The notes below the pieces were generated by a model. That model was not told the origin of the DNA, ran no database searches, and worked only from the letters and a program-made list of their open reading frames with translations. A stretch of 64,000 nt of DNA, taken from NCBI GenBank assembly GCA_039208735.1, contig JBCCQY010000031.1, positions 9,511 through 73,510 of the forward strand. Direction: 5' to 3'. This DNA comes from Myxococcota bacterium (lineage in GTDB: Bacteria; Myxococcota_A; UBA796; GCA-2862545). The position numbers were made by a program, and so were the translations under genes. Within the stretch, counting starts at the first letter, position 1; each line of letters begins with the position of its first letter. This document shows, one piece after another, positions 26,279 through 35,426 of the stretch.

Positions 26279-28246
26279 CTACCCGAGCGTCTTGGCCACA
26301 AACTCAAGCACCTTGTCGTACCAGGCCTCGATGTTTCGCGGCCGGAGAATCCAGTGGTTTTCGTCAGGGAACACCACCAGTTCGGAAGGGACCCCGTGGT
26401 GCTGCAGGGCATCGAAGAGCGCCAAGGCCTCGCTGATGGGCACCCGGTAGTCACGCTCGCCGTGAAGGATGAGGGTCGGCGTCTTCCAATTCGTCACGTT
26501 GCGATGAGGGGAGTAGCGGTTCACCGCGTCAAGATCGGTCCAGCGATCGGCTCCGTTCTGGAATCTCCAGAAGGAGGGATGGTCAGTCGTGCCGGCAAAC
26601 ATGGGCAAGTCGTAGAGGCTTGCGTGGGTCACGAGGCACGCGAACCGATCCGTCCGTCCGCCAATTTCGTTGGTCATGTAGCCGCCGAAGGAGCCGCCCA
26701 TCGCAATCATTCGGTCTTGGTCGACGCGCGGGTCAGCGGCCACGCGGTCTACCACCGCGGTCAGGTCGTCGTAGCAGGCCGCGCCCCACTGGTTGTCCCA
26801 AATCCCGTCCACAAACGCCTGGCCGAACCCCGTTGAACCCCTCGGGTTGGGCAGGACCACGGCGTAGCCCTGCGCCAGCACCACGTTGGCGTTCCAGCGC
26901 CAGTGCCACTGGTCGTTCCACGCCCCAATGGGGCCACCGTGGATCCAGATGAACGTTGGGCAGGGACCCGTGGCCCCTTTGGGCACGAGCAACCAATACT
27001 GAACGGGGTCACCGGCCGCGCCGGCCACCGTGTGGTTTTCGACGTCGGCCAGGGCCGTAAACGGCGTGGTCGGACCAGCCAGCGACGTGAGCATCGAGAC
27101 CGTTCCGTCCGCGTCGAGCCGAAACGCCTCGGGCGGAGCCTGCAATCCGTGGGCAATTCCTGCAAATCCCGTGCCGCTCGGTACCACACTGCCCAAATGC
27201 CCCCGGCCCTCGGGCATGGGCAATGCCTCGACCGTGTGGGTGCTCAAGTCGATGGCGAACATCGGATGCTGGGCATCGTCATCGGCCGTGACGAGGAGGC
27301 GCCCATCGGCCAGCCAGCCCACCGGATGCCCCCAGCGATCCCAATCGGGTGCAATCTCCGTTCGCTCCGTCCCATCCACGCCCATGATGAACAGCCGTTC
27401 TTGCGGACAAACCCCTTCTGCCCAGGTCTGTTGGCTGAACACGAGCCGAGCGCCATCCTTGGTGAAGCATGGTGCCGTCGCCACCTGTTCAGGCTCATCG
27501 AAGAGGACCCGACCTTCTCCCGTGGCCACATCGATGGCCAGGAGCTTGAGATCGTTGAGCCCAAACCGGTTTTTTCGGGAGGAGGTCACGACGACAAGCC
27601 GACCGTCTGGCGAGACGGTCCAATCGCTCTGGCGATGCTCGCGATCGGCCTCCGGGGTCAGATCACGACGGTTCTGACCCTCCGCGTCGTACGCCACGAG
27701 GTGGGGAGCCGCCTTAGGGACCCAATGGTCCCAATGGCGCACCGGCCCTTCGGTATACGACCGAATAGACGGGCCGCGTTTCTTCCGATCGTCGTCGATC
27801 TCACGTTGTTTTTCGAACGGGACCCCCAGCAACACCGGCGCCATGACCACGATGCCATCGCCGGCCTCGGGAAATGCAAAGGCCTGGACCCCCAACGGTT
27901 CGTCGGTGAGTGGATGCAGGGCCCCAGCGTCGTCGCGAAGCCAGAGTTGGTTCCGCGCGTCGTCCCCCGGCGCCTCTTCCGGCTCCTCGGCGCGTGCATC
28001 CGTGGGCCGATTTGTGACGAAGCCAAGGGTTCCGTCGCGGCGGAAGGCGGGCTGCTTGTAGGCACACTGCCCTTCGAGCAACGGGGTGGCCATTCCGTCC
28101 TCGTCGACGCGCCAGATCGCCGGGTGGTAGCGACCCGTTTCAGCGTCGACGGTATGCACCTCGACGGCGTGCCACGACCCATCGGGTGCGGCTGCGACGG
28201 CCTGCACGCGGCGCATCGCGACGAGATCCTGGACGGAAAAGGCCAT
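26279..28246 (-). CDS. S9 family peptidase (dipeptidyl-peptidase 5 / acylaminoacyl peptidase-like)
   Basis: Beta-propeller N-terminus; IHGGP, NPRGSTGFG, GGSFGG, HGERDYRVP, DENHW. Confidence 0.95.
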   Translation of the reverse strand: MAFSVQDLVAMRRVQAVAAAPDGSWHAVEVHTVDAETGRYHPAIWRVDEDGMATPLLEGQCAYKQPAFRRDGTLGFVTNRPTDARAEEPEEAPGDDARNQLWLRDDAGALHPLTDEPLGVQAFAFPEAGDGIVVMAPVLLGVPFEKQREIDDDRKKRGPSIRSYTEGPVRHWDHWVPKAAPHLVAYDAEGQNRRDLTPEADREHRQSDWTVSPDGRLVVVTSSRKNRFGLNDLKLLAIDVATGEGRVLFDEPEQVATAPCFTKDGARLVFSQQTWAEGVCPQERLFIMGVDGTERTEIAPDWDRWGHPVGWLADGRLLVTADDDAQHPMFAIDLSTHTVEALPMPEGRGHLGSVVPSGTGFAGIAHGLQAPPEAFRLDADGTVSMLTSLAGPTTPFTALADVENHTVAGAAGDPVQYWLLVPKGATGPCPTFIWIHGGPIGAWNDQWHWRWNANVVLAQGYAVVLPNPRGSTGFGQAFVDGIWDNQWGAACYDDLTAVVDRVAADPRVDQDRMIAMGGSFGGYMTNEIGGRTDRFACLVTHASLYDLPMFAGTTDHPSFWRFQNGADRWTDLDAVNRYSPHRNVTNWKTPTLILHGERDYRVPISEALALFDALQHHGVPSELVVFPDENHWILRPRNIEAWYDKVLEFVAKTLG

Positions 28247-28320
28247 ATGAACTCCCTGCGGATGACGTCCCCGCTCCCTATCCACCATCCACGTAAACGT
28301 TCAGCCCCCTGGGAGAGACC

Positions 28321-29115
28321 GTGATCCCCATGCGAGATCGCGTTGGTCACGTAGACGTACTCTGGATCACCCTTGACACCCTCCGTTACGACGTGGCCCA
28401 AGACGCCTGGTCAGCCGGAGAAACCCCCGTCCTCGCGCGCCTTCTGCCCCCCGCGGGTTGGGAAGCCCGCCATACGCCGGGGAATTTCACACTGGCCGCG
28501 CATCACGCTTTCTTTTCCGGATTTTGGCCCACCCCCCAAGGCCCGCCTCCTCACCCCCGCACGTACGCCTGCCGCTTCCAGGGCAGCACGACGATCACCA
28601 ACGAAACGGCGGTGTTCGACGCAGCCAATGTGGTGCAGGGGTTTGCCGATCGCGGCTACCACACCGTGTGCATCGGCGGTGTCGGTTTCTTCAACCTTCT
28701 GACGCCGCTGGGAGAGCAGCTCCCTGGCTACTTCGCCGAGCGTCACTGGTCGGAGAAGCTTGGCGTCACCTGCCTCGACTCCACCGCCCACCAGGTGACG
28801 TGCGCGCTCGAGGTTTTGTCACGAACCCCGGGCCGCATCCTGCTCTTTGTAAACATCTCGGCCCTTCATCAACCGAATTGTGGCTACCTACCCGGAGCAA
28901 CCGAGGACTCACCCGCCACCATGCGGGCCGCCCTCCGCTACGTCGATGGCGCCTTGGCGCCGTTGTTCGACGCGTTCCGCGGTCGCCGACAAACCGCAGT
29001 GATCATCTGTGGCGATCACGGCACTGCCTACGGCGAAGACGGCTATTTCGGCCATCGCCACAACCATCCCACCGTGACGACCGTGCCGTTCATGGAGGGC
29101 TGGTTGGCGGCCTAG
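28321..29115 (+). CDS. STM4013/SEN3800-family hydrolase (alkaline phosphatase/sulfatase superfamily)
   Basis: VGHVDVLWITLDTLRYDVA, WEARHTPGNFT.AAH.AFFSGFWPTP, CIGGVGFFN, ALHQPN, DHGTAYGEDG..GHR. Confidence 0.8.
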   Translation: MIPMRDRVGHVDVLWITLDTLRYDVAQDAWSAGETPVLARLLPPAGWEARHTPGNFTLAAHHAFFSGFWPTPQGPPPHPRTYACRFQGSTTITNETAVFDAANVVQGFADRGYHTVCIGGVGFFNLLTPLGEQLPGYFAERHWSEKLGVTCLDSTAHQVTCALEVLSRTPGRILLFVNISALHQPNCGYLPGATEDSPATMRAALRYVDGALAPLFDAFRGRRQTAVIICGDHGTAYGEDGYFGHRHNHPTVTTVPFMEGWLAA

Positions 29116-29315
29116 GTGGCGTCTTTTGCGTCGTCGCCCTCGGCCTTGCGGAGCGCGCCCTGAAGCTGGACGTCCACGGCAAGCGATGCCCCATCGGCTT
29201 CGGAAGTGCACAGGAGTTCGTCCTGCACGACCTTCAGGGGCATGGTTTGTGCACCCTGAGGCATGTCCACCGCACGTTGGCCGGCGAGCATCAACCTCAG
29301 AACCTTCGTGTTCAT
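29112..29315 (-). CDS. small hypothetical protein
   Basis: 67-aa ORF that fills the gap and overlaps the convergent stop; no recognisable motif. Confidence 0.3.
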   Translation of the reverse strand: MNTKVLRLMLAGQRAVDMPQGAQTMPLKVVQDELLCTSEADGASLAVDVQLQGALRKAEGDDAKDAT

Positions 29316-29434
29316 CGGAGTTCCCGTCATCATGTTCGAGATTTTCTCATAGTTGAGGCGCGGCGTCACCACCCGCTCCCATCCTGCCCAAATGGGCAGG
29401 TGCAATCTTGACGTCGGCTCGTGATGACTCCGGG

Positions 29435-30352
29435 ATGACTCTGCAAGCGACACGAGAACAAGAAGCCCTGGACGCCTACAGTCAGGTCGTCGTCGATGCC
29501 GTCGAGTTCGTGGGACCGGCGGTCGCGAGCGTGCGAATTCGACAGGCTCGCACGTGGCGCCAACCCGGAGGCGACGGCGCGGGCTCGGCCTTTGCGTTCA
29601 CCCCGGACGGCTCCCTCATCACCAACGCCCATGTGGTCGCGCGGGCTCGAGAGGTCTCGGTGACCTTTCCCGATGGCGAGGCCCGCCCCGCGCGCGTGGT
29701 CGGCGCCGATCCGGTCACCGATCTCGCGGTCGTCAAGGTTGACGCCACCGGTCTGCCCTACCTCCCCATCGAAGATGAGCCCCGCCCCCCTCGGGTCGGC
29801 CAACTCGTCGTGGCCATCGGCAATCCCTTTGGCTTCGATGCCACGGTGTCCGCTGGGGTGTTGTCAGCCGTGGACCGCACACTTCCGGCCGGGTCACGCA
29901 AGCTCGATCACCTGTTGCAGCACACCGCGCCCATCAACCCGGGAAACTCCGGCGGACCCCTCACGGACTCGCGAGGTCGGATCCTCGGCGTGAATGTCGC
30001 GATTCTCGCCGTAGCCCAGGGAATCGGGTTTGCCGTGCCCGCGCAGACGCTCGCGTGGGTGGTTCCTCGACTGCTTCACGATGGCGGCGTGCGACGCGGC
30101 TACCTCGGGTTGTCCGCCCACACGCACCGTGGAGGCGCCCGTGTGGTGGGCGTCGAGCCCCGTTCTCCCGCTGCGGCGGCCGGCATTCAGCCCGGTGATG
30201 TGCTCATAGGACTCGGGCCGCACCCCATTCGGGGGGTGGAAGACCTTCAACGGAGGGTGGCGGAAGTCACGCCCGGTCGACCGGTAGAGGCGCGCCTTCG
30301 TCGACGTGGTGCCGACCTCAAGGTCACCGTACGTCCGGGCGTCCTCCGCTGA
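29435..30352 (+). CDS. S1C (HtrA/DegS-like) serine protease with one PDZ domain, no signal peptide
   Basis: TNAHVV, DLAVVKV, AIGNPFG, PGNSGGPL; PDZ RGYLG...SPAAAAGIQPGDV. Confidence 0.92.
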   Translation: MTLQATREQEALDAYSQVVVDAVEFVGPAVASVRIRQARTWRQPGGDGAGSAFAFTPDGSLITNAHVVARAREVSVTFPDGEARPARVVGADPVTDLAVVKVDATGLPYLPIEDEPRPPRVGQLVVAIGNPFGFDATVSAGVLSAVDRTLPAGSRKLDHLLQHTAPINPGNSGGPLTDSRGRILGVNVAILAVAQGIGFAVPAQTLAWVVPRLLHDGGVRRGYLGLSAHTHRGGARVVGVEPRSPAAAAGIQPGDVLIGLGPHPIRGVEDLQRRVAEVTPGRPVEARLRRRGADLKVTVRPGVLR

Positions 30353-30353
30353 C

Positions 30354-31232
30354 CTAAGATGGGTTCGTGAGCCGTGCGAACAGACGACGAATGAAGAACC
30401 GTCGAATCGCGCCCACCACCGGATGCCGAGGCCGCTCGACCTGCCAGGTCCAGGGATTGAAGAAGGTGCCGTGAAACCCTGGTCCTCCGGGGCGTTCCAA
30501 CACCACGCGCAACGCTTCGTAGGCCATGAGGCATCCCGTCGTCCACACCATCGGGGCAAACGACGGGCGCGCTCGCTTGCCCGCCACCACCTGGGCCGCC
30601 ACATCGAGATCGAGGTGATCGGCACTCGAGGAGTGCACCATCACGTACTCGACCTCCTTCTCGAAGCACGTCGCCAGCATGACGTCATCGATCTCGTCGA
30701 GCGACTTGCCGACCGACGGGTAGCGGAAGGTCACCTCAGGTCGCGGATCGTGAGGATGAACCACGTAGACGCTCGGCAAGGGCGACGAAAACGAATCCAC
30801 TACGGTGCGTTTGTGTTCTTCGGCCTTGCGCATCATGGCGATGGTGGCCTTCTGGTCGTCGCACCCATTGATGACAACGGTCGCTTGAGGCAGCACCGCG
30901 TCGAGCTGGTCCACCCAATCCGTCCCAATGATGGCCACCTCACACTCGGGATTGATCTGTGCGATGGCCGCCGCCGTGGTTTCCGCCTTCGGCTCTCCAA
31001 TCGTGTCGAGAGTGGCCACCATCTGCCGGTTCAGATTCGACAGATCAAAGGCATTGACGTCGGTGATGGTGATCCGACCAATTCCCGCCCGCACCAGGCA
31101 CATTAGGGCAGAACCACCCAAACCGCCCACCCCACTCACAAACACGTGCGCCTCGCGAATGCGGCGCTGCTCATCCTCGGAGACGAACCCAAGGTTGCGG
31201 CCGGTGAACGTGGCGTAATCGAAGGTCGTCAA
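30354..31232 (-). CDS. ThiF/HesA/MoeB-family adenylyltransferase (E1-like, no Zn-binding CxxC)
   Basis: RNLGFVSEDEQ, GVGGLGG, FDLSNLNRQ, PKAE...INP. TTG start follows GAGGA. Confidence 0.85.
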   Translation of the reverse strand: MTTFDYATFTGRNLGFVSEDEQRRIREAHVFVSGVGGLGGSALMCLVRAGIGRITITDVNAFDLSNLNRQMVATLDTIGEPKAETTAAAIAQINPECEVAIIGTDWVDQLDAVLPQATVVINGCDDQKATIAMMRKAEEHKRTVVDSFSSPLPSVYVVHPHDPRPEVTFRYPSVGKSLDEIDDVMLATCFEKEVEYVMVHSSSADHLDLDVAAQVVAGKRARPSFAPMVWTTGCLMAYEALRVVLERPGGPGFHGTFFNPWTWQVERPRHPVVGAIRRFFIRRLFARLTNPS

Positions 31233-31377
31233 AGGGTCCTCGCAAACGGCTGTACGCGGTGGGGCCGAGGGCTCGTTATCGCGTCGCGGGGGTCGAAGGC
31301 CCGCAAGGATCCTGGTTCCGGTTCGTTTCCTGTTCAGCTCACGCCAACCACGACAACGCAGAGATACGGCTCGGCGC

Positions 31378-33045
31378 ATGGAACTCTGGATGACCATTCT
31401 TGCCGCCGGCTTCGCGGTGGCGGTCGGTGCGCCGTTCGTCCTCTGGCTTCGATCGCGTACCCTCCCTCGGCCCGATCGGTCGTTCCTTGGCTTTCGCAAC
31501 TGGATTGCGGCGCGGATCGAGGAGCGGCTCGGGGGGTACCGACACGCACACACGGTGCCCGACCCCACGGCGCCCGAGCGGCTGACCCAGCCGCTGCTGG
31601 TGGCGGTGGTCGGCGGAGGACTCGGGGGCGTCGGCGCGGCCACCACCCTCGCGGAGCGCGGAGCCAGCGTCGTCATCTTCGAGAAGAACCCCTACTTCGG
31701 GGGCAAAATCGCCGCGTGGGAAGACGTGACCTCCGATGGGTCCACCCAGAAAGTGGCTCACGGCTTTCACGCCTTTTTCCGGAACTACTACAACCTCAAC
31801 GACTTCTTAAGCCGCATCGGCGTCCACCAGACCTTCACGTCGCTCGACGACTACCAGGTCTTGTCGGCGGATGGCGTGCTTCACAGCTACAAAGACATCG
31901 ATACCGCCCCGGTCCTCAACCTCGTCTCGCTCGGGGACCACGGGGTGTTCCAGTGGAAGGACATCCTGTTTACCCAGGCGGTTCATGAGATGGACCGGTT
32001 TCTCCTCTACGACGAAGAAACCACCTTCGAGCAACTCGATCACGTGCCGTTTGACCGGTTTGCTGAACGCGCGGAACTCCCCGATTCCCTGATGCTCTCG
32101 TTCAACAGCTTTTCACGAGCGTTCTTTGCCGATCCAGACCGGTTGTCGACCGCGGAGCTGGTCAAAAGCTTCCATTTCTACTACCTGTCGCAGGACGCAG
32201 GACTCATCTACGATCTGCCTGACGACTGGTTTGGTGATGCCCTCATCGCGCCCATCGTGCGCCACCTCGAGTCCCACGACGTCAACATTCGCCTGGCCAC
32301 TCCGGTGACTTCGATCGAACGCCCCCGCGAAGGACCCCGGTTCCGGGTCAATGGCGAAGACTTCGACGCGGTCGTGCTCGCCGCGGATGTGGTGGGTACG
32401 GCCAAGTTGGCCCAGGGTCCCTGGCTCGACGATGCCCCCACGGCCGCCCGACAGCTCCGCGGGGTCCAGCCCGGCCAACGCTACAGCGTGCTCCGCATGT
32501 GGCTGTCCGGCGACGTTCGAACCGACGTGGCGAGCTACCTCGTGATGGACCGCCAACGAACCCTCGATGCCGTGGCGTTGCTCCATCGGTTTGAGCGCAC
32601 CTTCGAACGCTGGGCCGAGGAAACGGGCGGATCGGTCCTTGAATTGCATTGCTACGCCCTCCCCGACGACGTCGCCGAGGACGAGGTGCGCGACCTCATG
32701 GTGGCCGAACTCCACCAGTTCTTCCCCGAGGCAGCCACCCACGACGTGATCACCGAACACATGCAGATCCGCCAAGACTTCCCCGCCTTCCACGTGGGCA
32801 TGTACGCGGACCGCCCCCAAACCGAGACGGAGGTTCCTGGCCTGGTGGTAGCCGGGGACTGGGTTCGACTGCCCTTCCCTTCCGCGCTGATGGAAGGCGC
32901 CTTCACAAGTGGGGTGCTGGCCGCGAACGTTTTGCTGCGCGAACGCGGGGTTCAGGAAGCTCCTGTCGACCGGGTCCCTACGCAGGGTGTCATGGTCGGG
33001 CTACCGGAGCCTCCGGGGAAGCGACGGGTGAGCTTCGACCCGTGA
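31378..33045 (+). CDS. FAD-dependent oxidoreductase, CrtU-like (isorenieratene synthase / carotenoid phi-ring synthase family)
   Basis: VVGGGLGG..AA..LAERG, GFHAFFRNYYNL, FSRAFFA.P..LS.AEL...FHFYYL, GGSVLELHCYA, AGDWV...ALMEGA.TSG..AAN; extra N-terminal TM. Confidence 0.8.
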   Translation: MELWMTILAAGFAVAVGAPFVLWLRSRTLPRPDRSFLGFRNWIAARIEERLGGYRHAHTVPDPTAPERLTQPLLVAVVGGGLGGVGAATTLAERGASVVIFEKNPYFGGKIAAWEDVTSDGSTQKVAHGFHAFFRNYYNLNDFLSRIGVHQTFTSLDDYQVLSADGVLHSYKDIDTAPVLNLVSLGDHGVFQWKDILFTQAVHEMDRFLLYDEETTFEQLDHVPFDRFAERAELPDSLMLSFNSFSRAFFADPDRLSTAELVKSFHFYYLSQDAGLIYDLPDDWFGDALIAPIVRHLESHDVNIRLATPVTSIERPREGPRFRVNGEDFDAVVLAADVVGTAKLAQGPWLDDAPTAARQLRGVQPGQRYSVLRMWLSGDVRTDVASYLVMDRQRTLDAVALLHRFERTFERWAEETGGSVLELHCYALPDDVAEDEVRDLMVAELHQFFPEAATHDVITEHMQIRQDFPAFHVGMYADRPQTETEVPGLVVAGDWVRLPFPSALMEGAFTSGVLAANVLLRERGVQEAPVDRVPTQGVMVGLPEPPGKRRVSFDP

Positions 33046-33061
33046 CCCCGAGGGAGAGCAC

Positions 33062-33586
33062 ATGGCGTACTTTCTGGGGTGGCTCGTGGTGGCCATGGGC
33101 CTCGGCGGAACGTGTGGCTATCTCGACCCCCTGAACGCCGCGGGGTCGATGCCTTTGACGGTGACAGGAGCCATTGGCGCCGTCACCAACGCGGCGGTGA
33201 TCGGTCTGCTTTACCAGAGCTTGCCTCCGGAAGCGGAGCGACGCCTCTGGATCGCAGGCATCACCGGTGCTGTGCTGGCGTTGATTCTGATCGTGGTCAA
33301 TTGGTGGGTCGGAGGGACGGTCGCCGAAGGCGTCTGCCGAGCCGACGTTGGGTTTGTGACTGGCATCTCTTTCGTTTGGGTGCCCGTGGGAAGCATCATT
33401 GGCCTGGGCCTCGGCATCGCTGGGTTGGGGGCCCTTGCCACCTACGGACTCACGCCCGGCGACACGGTGTACTTCGACGGCAACGTGCCTACGCAGGAGG
33501 GCATTAGCTCCGGGACCTTGATCTTGGGGCTCGTGACAGCCATCGTGGCCGTGGTGTGGGGTCGAACATTCCCCCAACGTCGGTGA
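33062..33586 (+). CDS. hypothetical membrane protein (about 5 TM)
   Basis: Multiple hydrophobic segments; RBS GGGAGAG. Confidence 0.6.
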   Translation: MAYFLGWLVVAMGLGGTCGYLDPLNAAGSMPLTVTGAIGAVTNAAVIGLLYQSLPPEAERRLWIAGITGAVLALILIVVNWWVGGTVAEGVCRADVGFVTGISFVWVPVGSIIGLGLGIAGLGALATYGLTPGDTVYFDGNVPTQEGISSGTLILGLVTAIVAVVWGRTFPQRR

Positions 33587-33652
33587 ACCGTTCGCACCTG
33601 CCGGCAAGGTTCAATAGGCCCCATTACCCAGTCATTGAATCCAGAGGACATC

Positions 33653-34117
33653 ATGCTCGCACGTCTGTTTGCCCGACTGCCCTCCGAAGACGCTCACGCT
33701 CACTGCGATGGCCCCTGCGGCATCTACGATCCCGCGTCGGCGCGCATTCACGCCGAAGCCGTGAAGTCGATGACCAACAAGATCCTGGCCCTCGTGCCGC
33801 CGGCGGCCGGCGACAATGTGGCCCTTGCGAAGTACCACAACACCCTTTCGCGCTACGTCGCGATCAAGGAATCCGAGGCCGAGCACACCAAGCGCGAGCT
33901 GCTCATCCTCTGGACCGACTACTTCAAGCCGCAGCACCTGGCCGCGCACCCGAACATCCACGAAACGTTCTGGAAGGCAGCGAAGCTCTGCTCGGCCTGC
34001 AAGGTCGAAGTGAGCGCCCAGCACGCCGACGAACTCATGGATGCGGTCAAGGAGATCCACGAGATCTTCTGGTCGACGAAGGGCCGCGAGGTCGCTTGGG
34101 TGACCGCCGCCGGCTGA
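33653..34117 (+). CDS. sodN: nickel superoxide dismutase precursor
   Basis: 16-aa propeptide ending AHA, then Ni-hook HCDGPCGIYDP; LWTDYFK; KLCSACK. Confidence 0.97.
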   Translation: MLARLFARLPSEDAHAHCDGPCGIYDPASARIHAEAVKSMTNKILALVPPAAGDNVALAKYHNTLSRYVAIKESEAEHTKRELLILWTDYFKPQHLAAHPNIHETFWKAAKLCSACKVEVSAQHADELMDAVKEIHEIFWSTKGREVAWVTAAG

Positions 34118-34121
34118 TCGG

Positions 34122-34490
34122 TTGTCCGAGCTGTCGCGCATTCGCCAGGTCCGTGAAATCGTGGCCTGGCTCCTGGGACGACGCCGGCTCTACACCGTGG
34201 TCGGTACCAGCATGCTGCCGACCTTGGCGCCTGGCGAACGAGTGTGGGCGCGGGTGCGACCCTTGGCGCGGGTTCAGCCCGGTGCGATCGTCGTCGTACG
34301 ATCGCCCACTCCGCCGCCTGCCATCCTCGTGAAGCGCTTGGCCTCCCGTATGGACGACTCGTTCACCGTGAAGAGCGACTCCCCCGACGGTGCGTTCGAC
34401 AGCCTTCGCTTTGGGTCACTGGCCTCCTCGGCACTGCTGGGGGAGGTGACACTCATCCTCGACGTGGAAGGCCGACTGCGAAGGCCTTGA
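34122..34490 (+). CDS. sodX: NiSOD maturation protease (S26-like)
   Basis: VVGTSMLPTL.PG, LVKR, DS.RFG; lies directly after sodN. Confidence 0.9.
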   Translation: MSELSRIRQVREIVAWLLGRRRLYTVVGTSMLPTLAPGERVWARVRPLARVQPGAIVVVRSPTPPPAILVKRLASRMDDSFTVKSDSPDGAFDSLRFGSLASSALLGEVTLILDVEGRLRRP

Positions 34491-34504
34491 GGCATACTCT
34501 GTCC

Positions 34505-35422
34505 ATGCACGATCCTCGCCTGCTCGTCTTCACCGATCCCCAAATGGCCGAGCACGATCCCGGCCCCGGCATGCCCGAACGCTCCGCCCGTCTCGCCGCG
34601 GCCACCGCGGCAGTGGCGGATCGAAGGGGGGTCGAAATCCGATCGCCAACCCCCATCGGACGTGGCGCGCTGCTCCGAGCCCACGATGCCGCCTACCTCG
34701 ACGCGGTCCTCGAGGCGGAAGGCCGCCCGTTTGCCGTCGACCACGAGACGCGCGGCTCGGCCCAGACCGTGATGGCCGCGCGGCTTGCTGCCGGAGCGGT
34801 CACCCAAGCCGCACTGGCGGTCATCGATGGCCCGGTACGGCGTGCCTTCGCCCTCGTTCGCCCACCCGGCCATCACGCCATGCGCAAGCTGGGCATGGGG
34901 TTCTGCTTTTTCAACAACGTCGTCGTTGCGGCCCTTGCGGCTCGGGCGGAACGTGAGGTGAACCGCGTTCTCGTGATCGACTGGGACGTGCACCACGGCA
35001 ACGGGACCGAGGACATCTTCCGCGGTGATGAACACCTCCTCTTTTTCAGCACCCACCAAGGAGGGCAGGGGTTCTACCCCGGTACAGGACTGGTCTCCTC
35101 GGGCAACGCCTTGAATGTTCCATTGTCGGCCGGCGCTGGCGATGCCGCGATGTTGAAGGCGTTTCGCGAGGTGTTGAAGCCGGCCGCCGACCACTTCAAC
35201 CCCGACCTCGTCCTGGTGTCAGCCGGGTTCGATGCTCACCAAGATGATCCACTGGCCGGGCTCGTGGCCACCCCCGAAGGCTTCGCAGCGTTGTGTCGCG
35301 AGGTGATCGACATCGCCGAGACGCACGCCGAAGGCCGTCTCGTATTGGCGCTCGAAGGGGGCTACGACTTGCCCGCGCTCACGGCTTGCATCGCCGCCTG
35401 CACCGACGTGTTGGTCGCCTGA
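34505..35422 (+). CDS. histone deacetylase family Zn-dependent amidohydrolase
   Basis: RPPGHHA, GFCFFNN, DWDVHHGNGT, SAGFDAH, LEGGY. Confidence 0.95.
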   Translation: MHDPRLLVFTDPQMAEHDPGPGMPERSARLAAATAAVADRRGVEIRSPTPIGRGALLRAHDAAYLDAVLEAEGRPFAVDHETRGSAQTVMAARLAAGAVTQAALAVIDGPVRRAFALVRPPGHHAMRKLGMGFCFFNNVVVAALAARAEREVNRVLVIDWDVHHGNGTEDIFRGDEHLLFFSTHQGGQGFYPGTGLVSSGNALNVPLSAGAGDAAMLKAFREVLKPAADHFNPDLVLVSAGFDAHQDDPLAGLVATPEGFAALCREVIDIAETHAEGRLVLALEGGYDLPALTACIAACTDVLVA

Positions 35423-35426
35423 CCGC

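Noticed and set aside
26903..28324. 473-aa plus-strand ORF
   Set aside because: Antisense to the S9 peptidase; typical high-GC shadow ORF.
30354..31676. 440-aa version of the ThiF ORF, and similar N-terminal extensions of many track ORFs
   Set aside because: The extensions overlap divergent or upstream genes and are low-complexity; internal starts with RBS or stop/start overlaps fit better.
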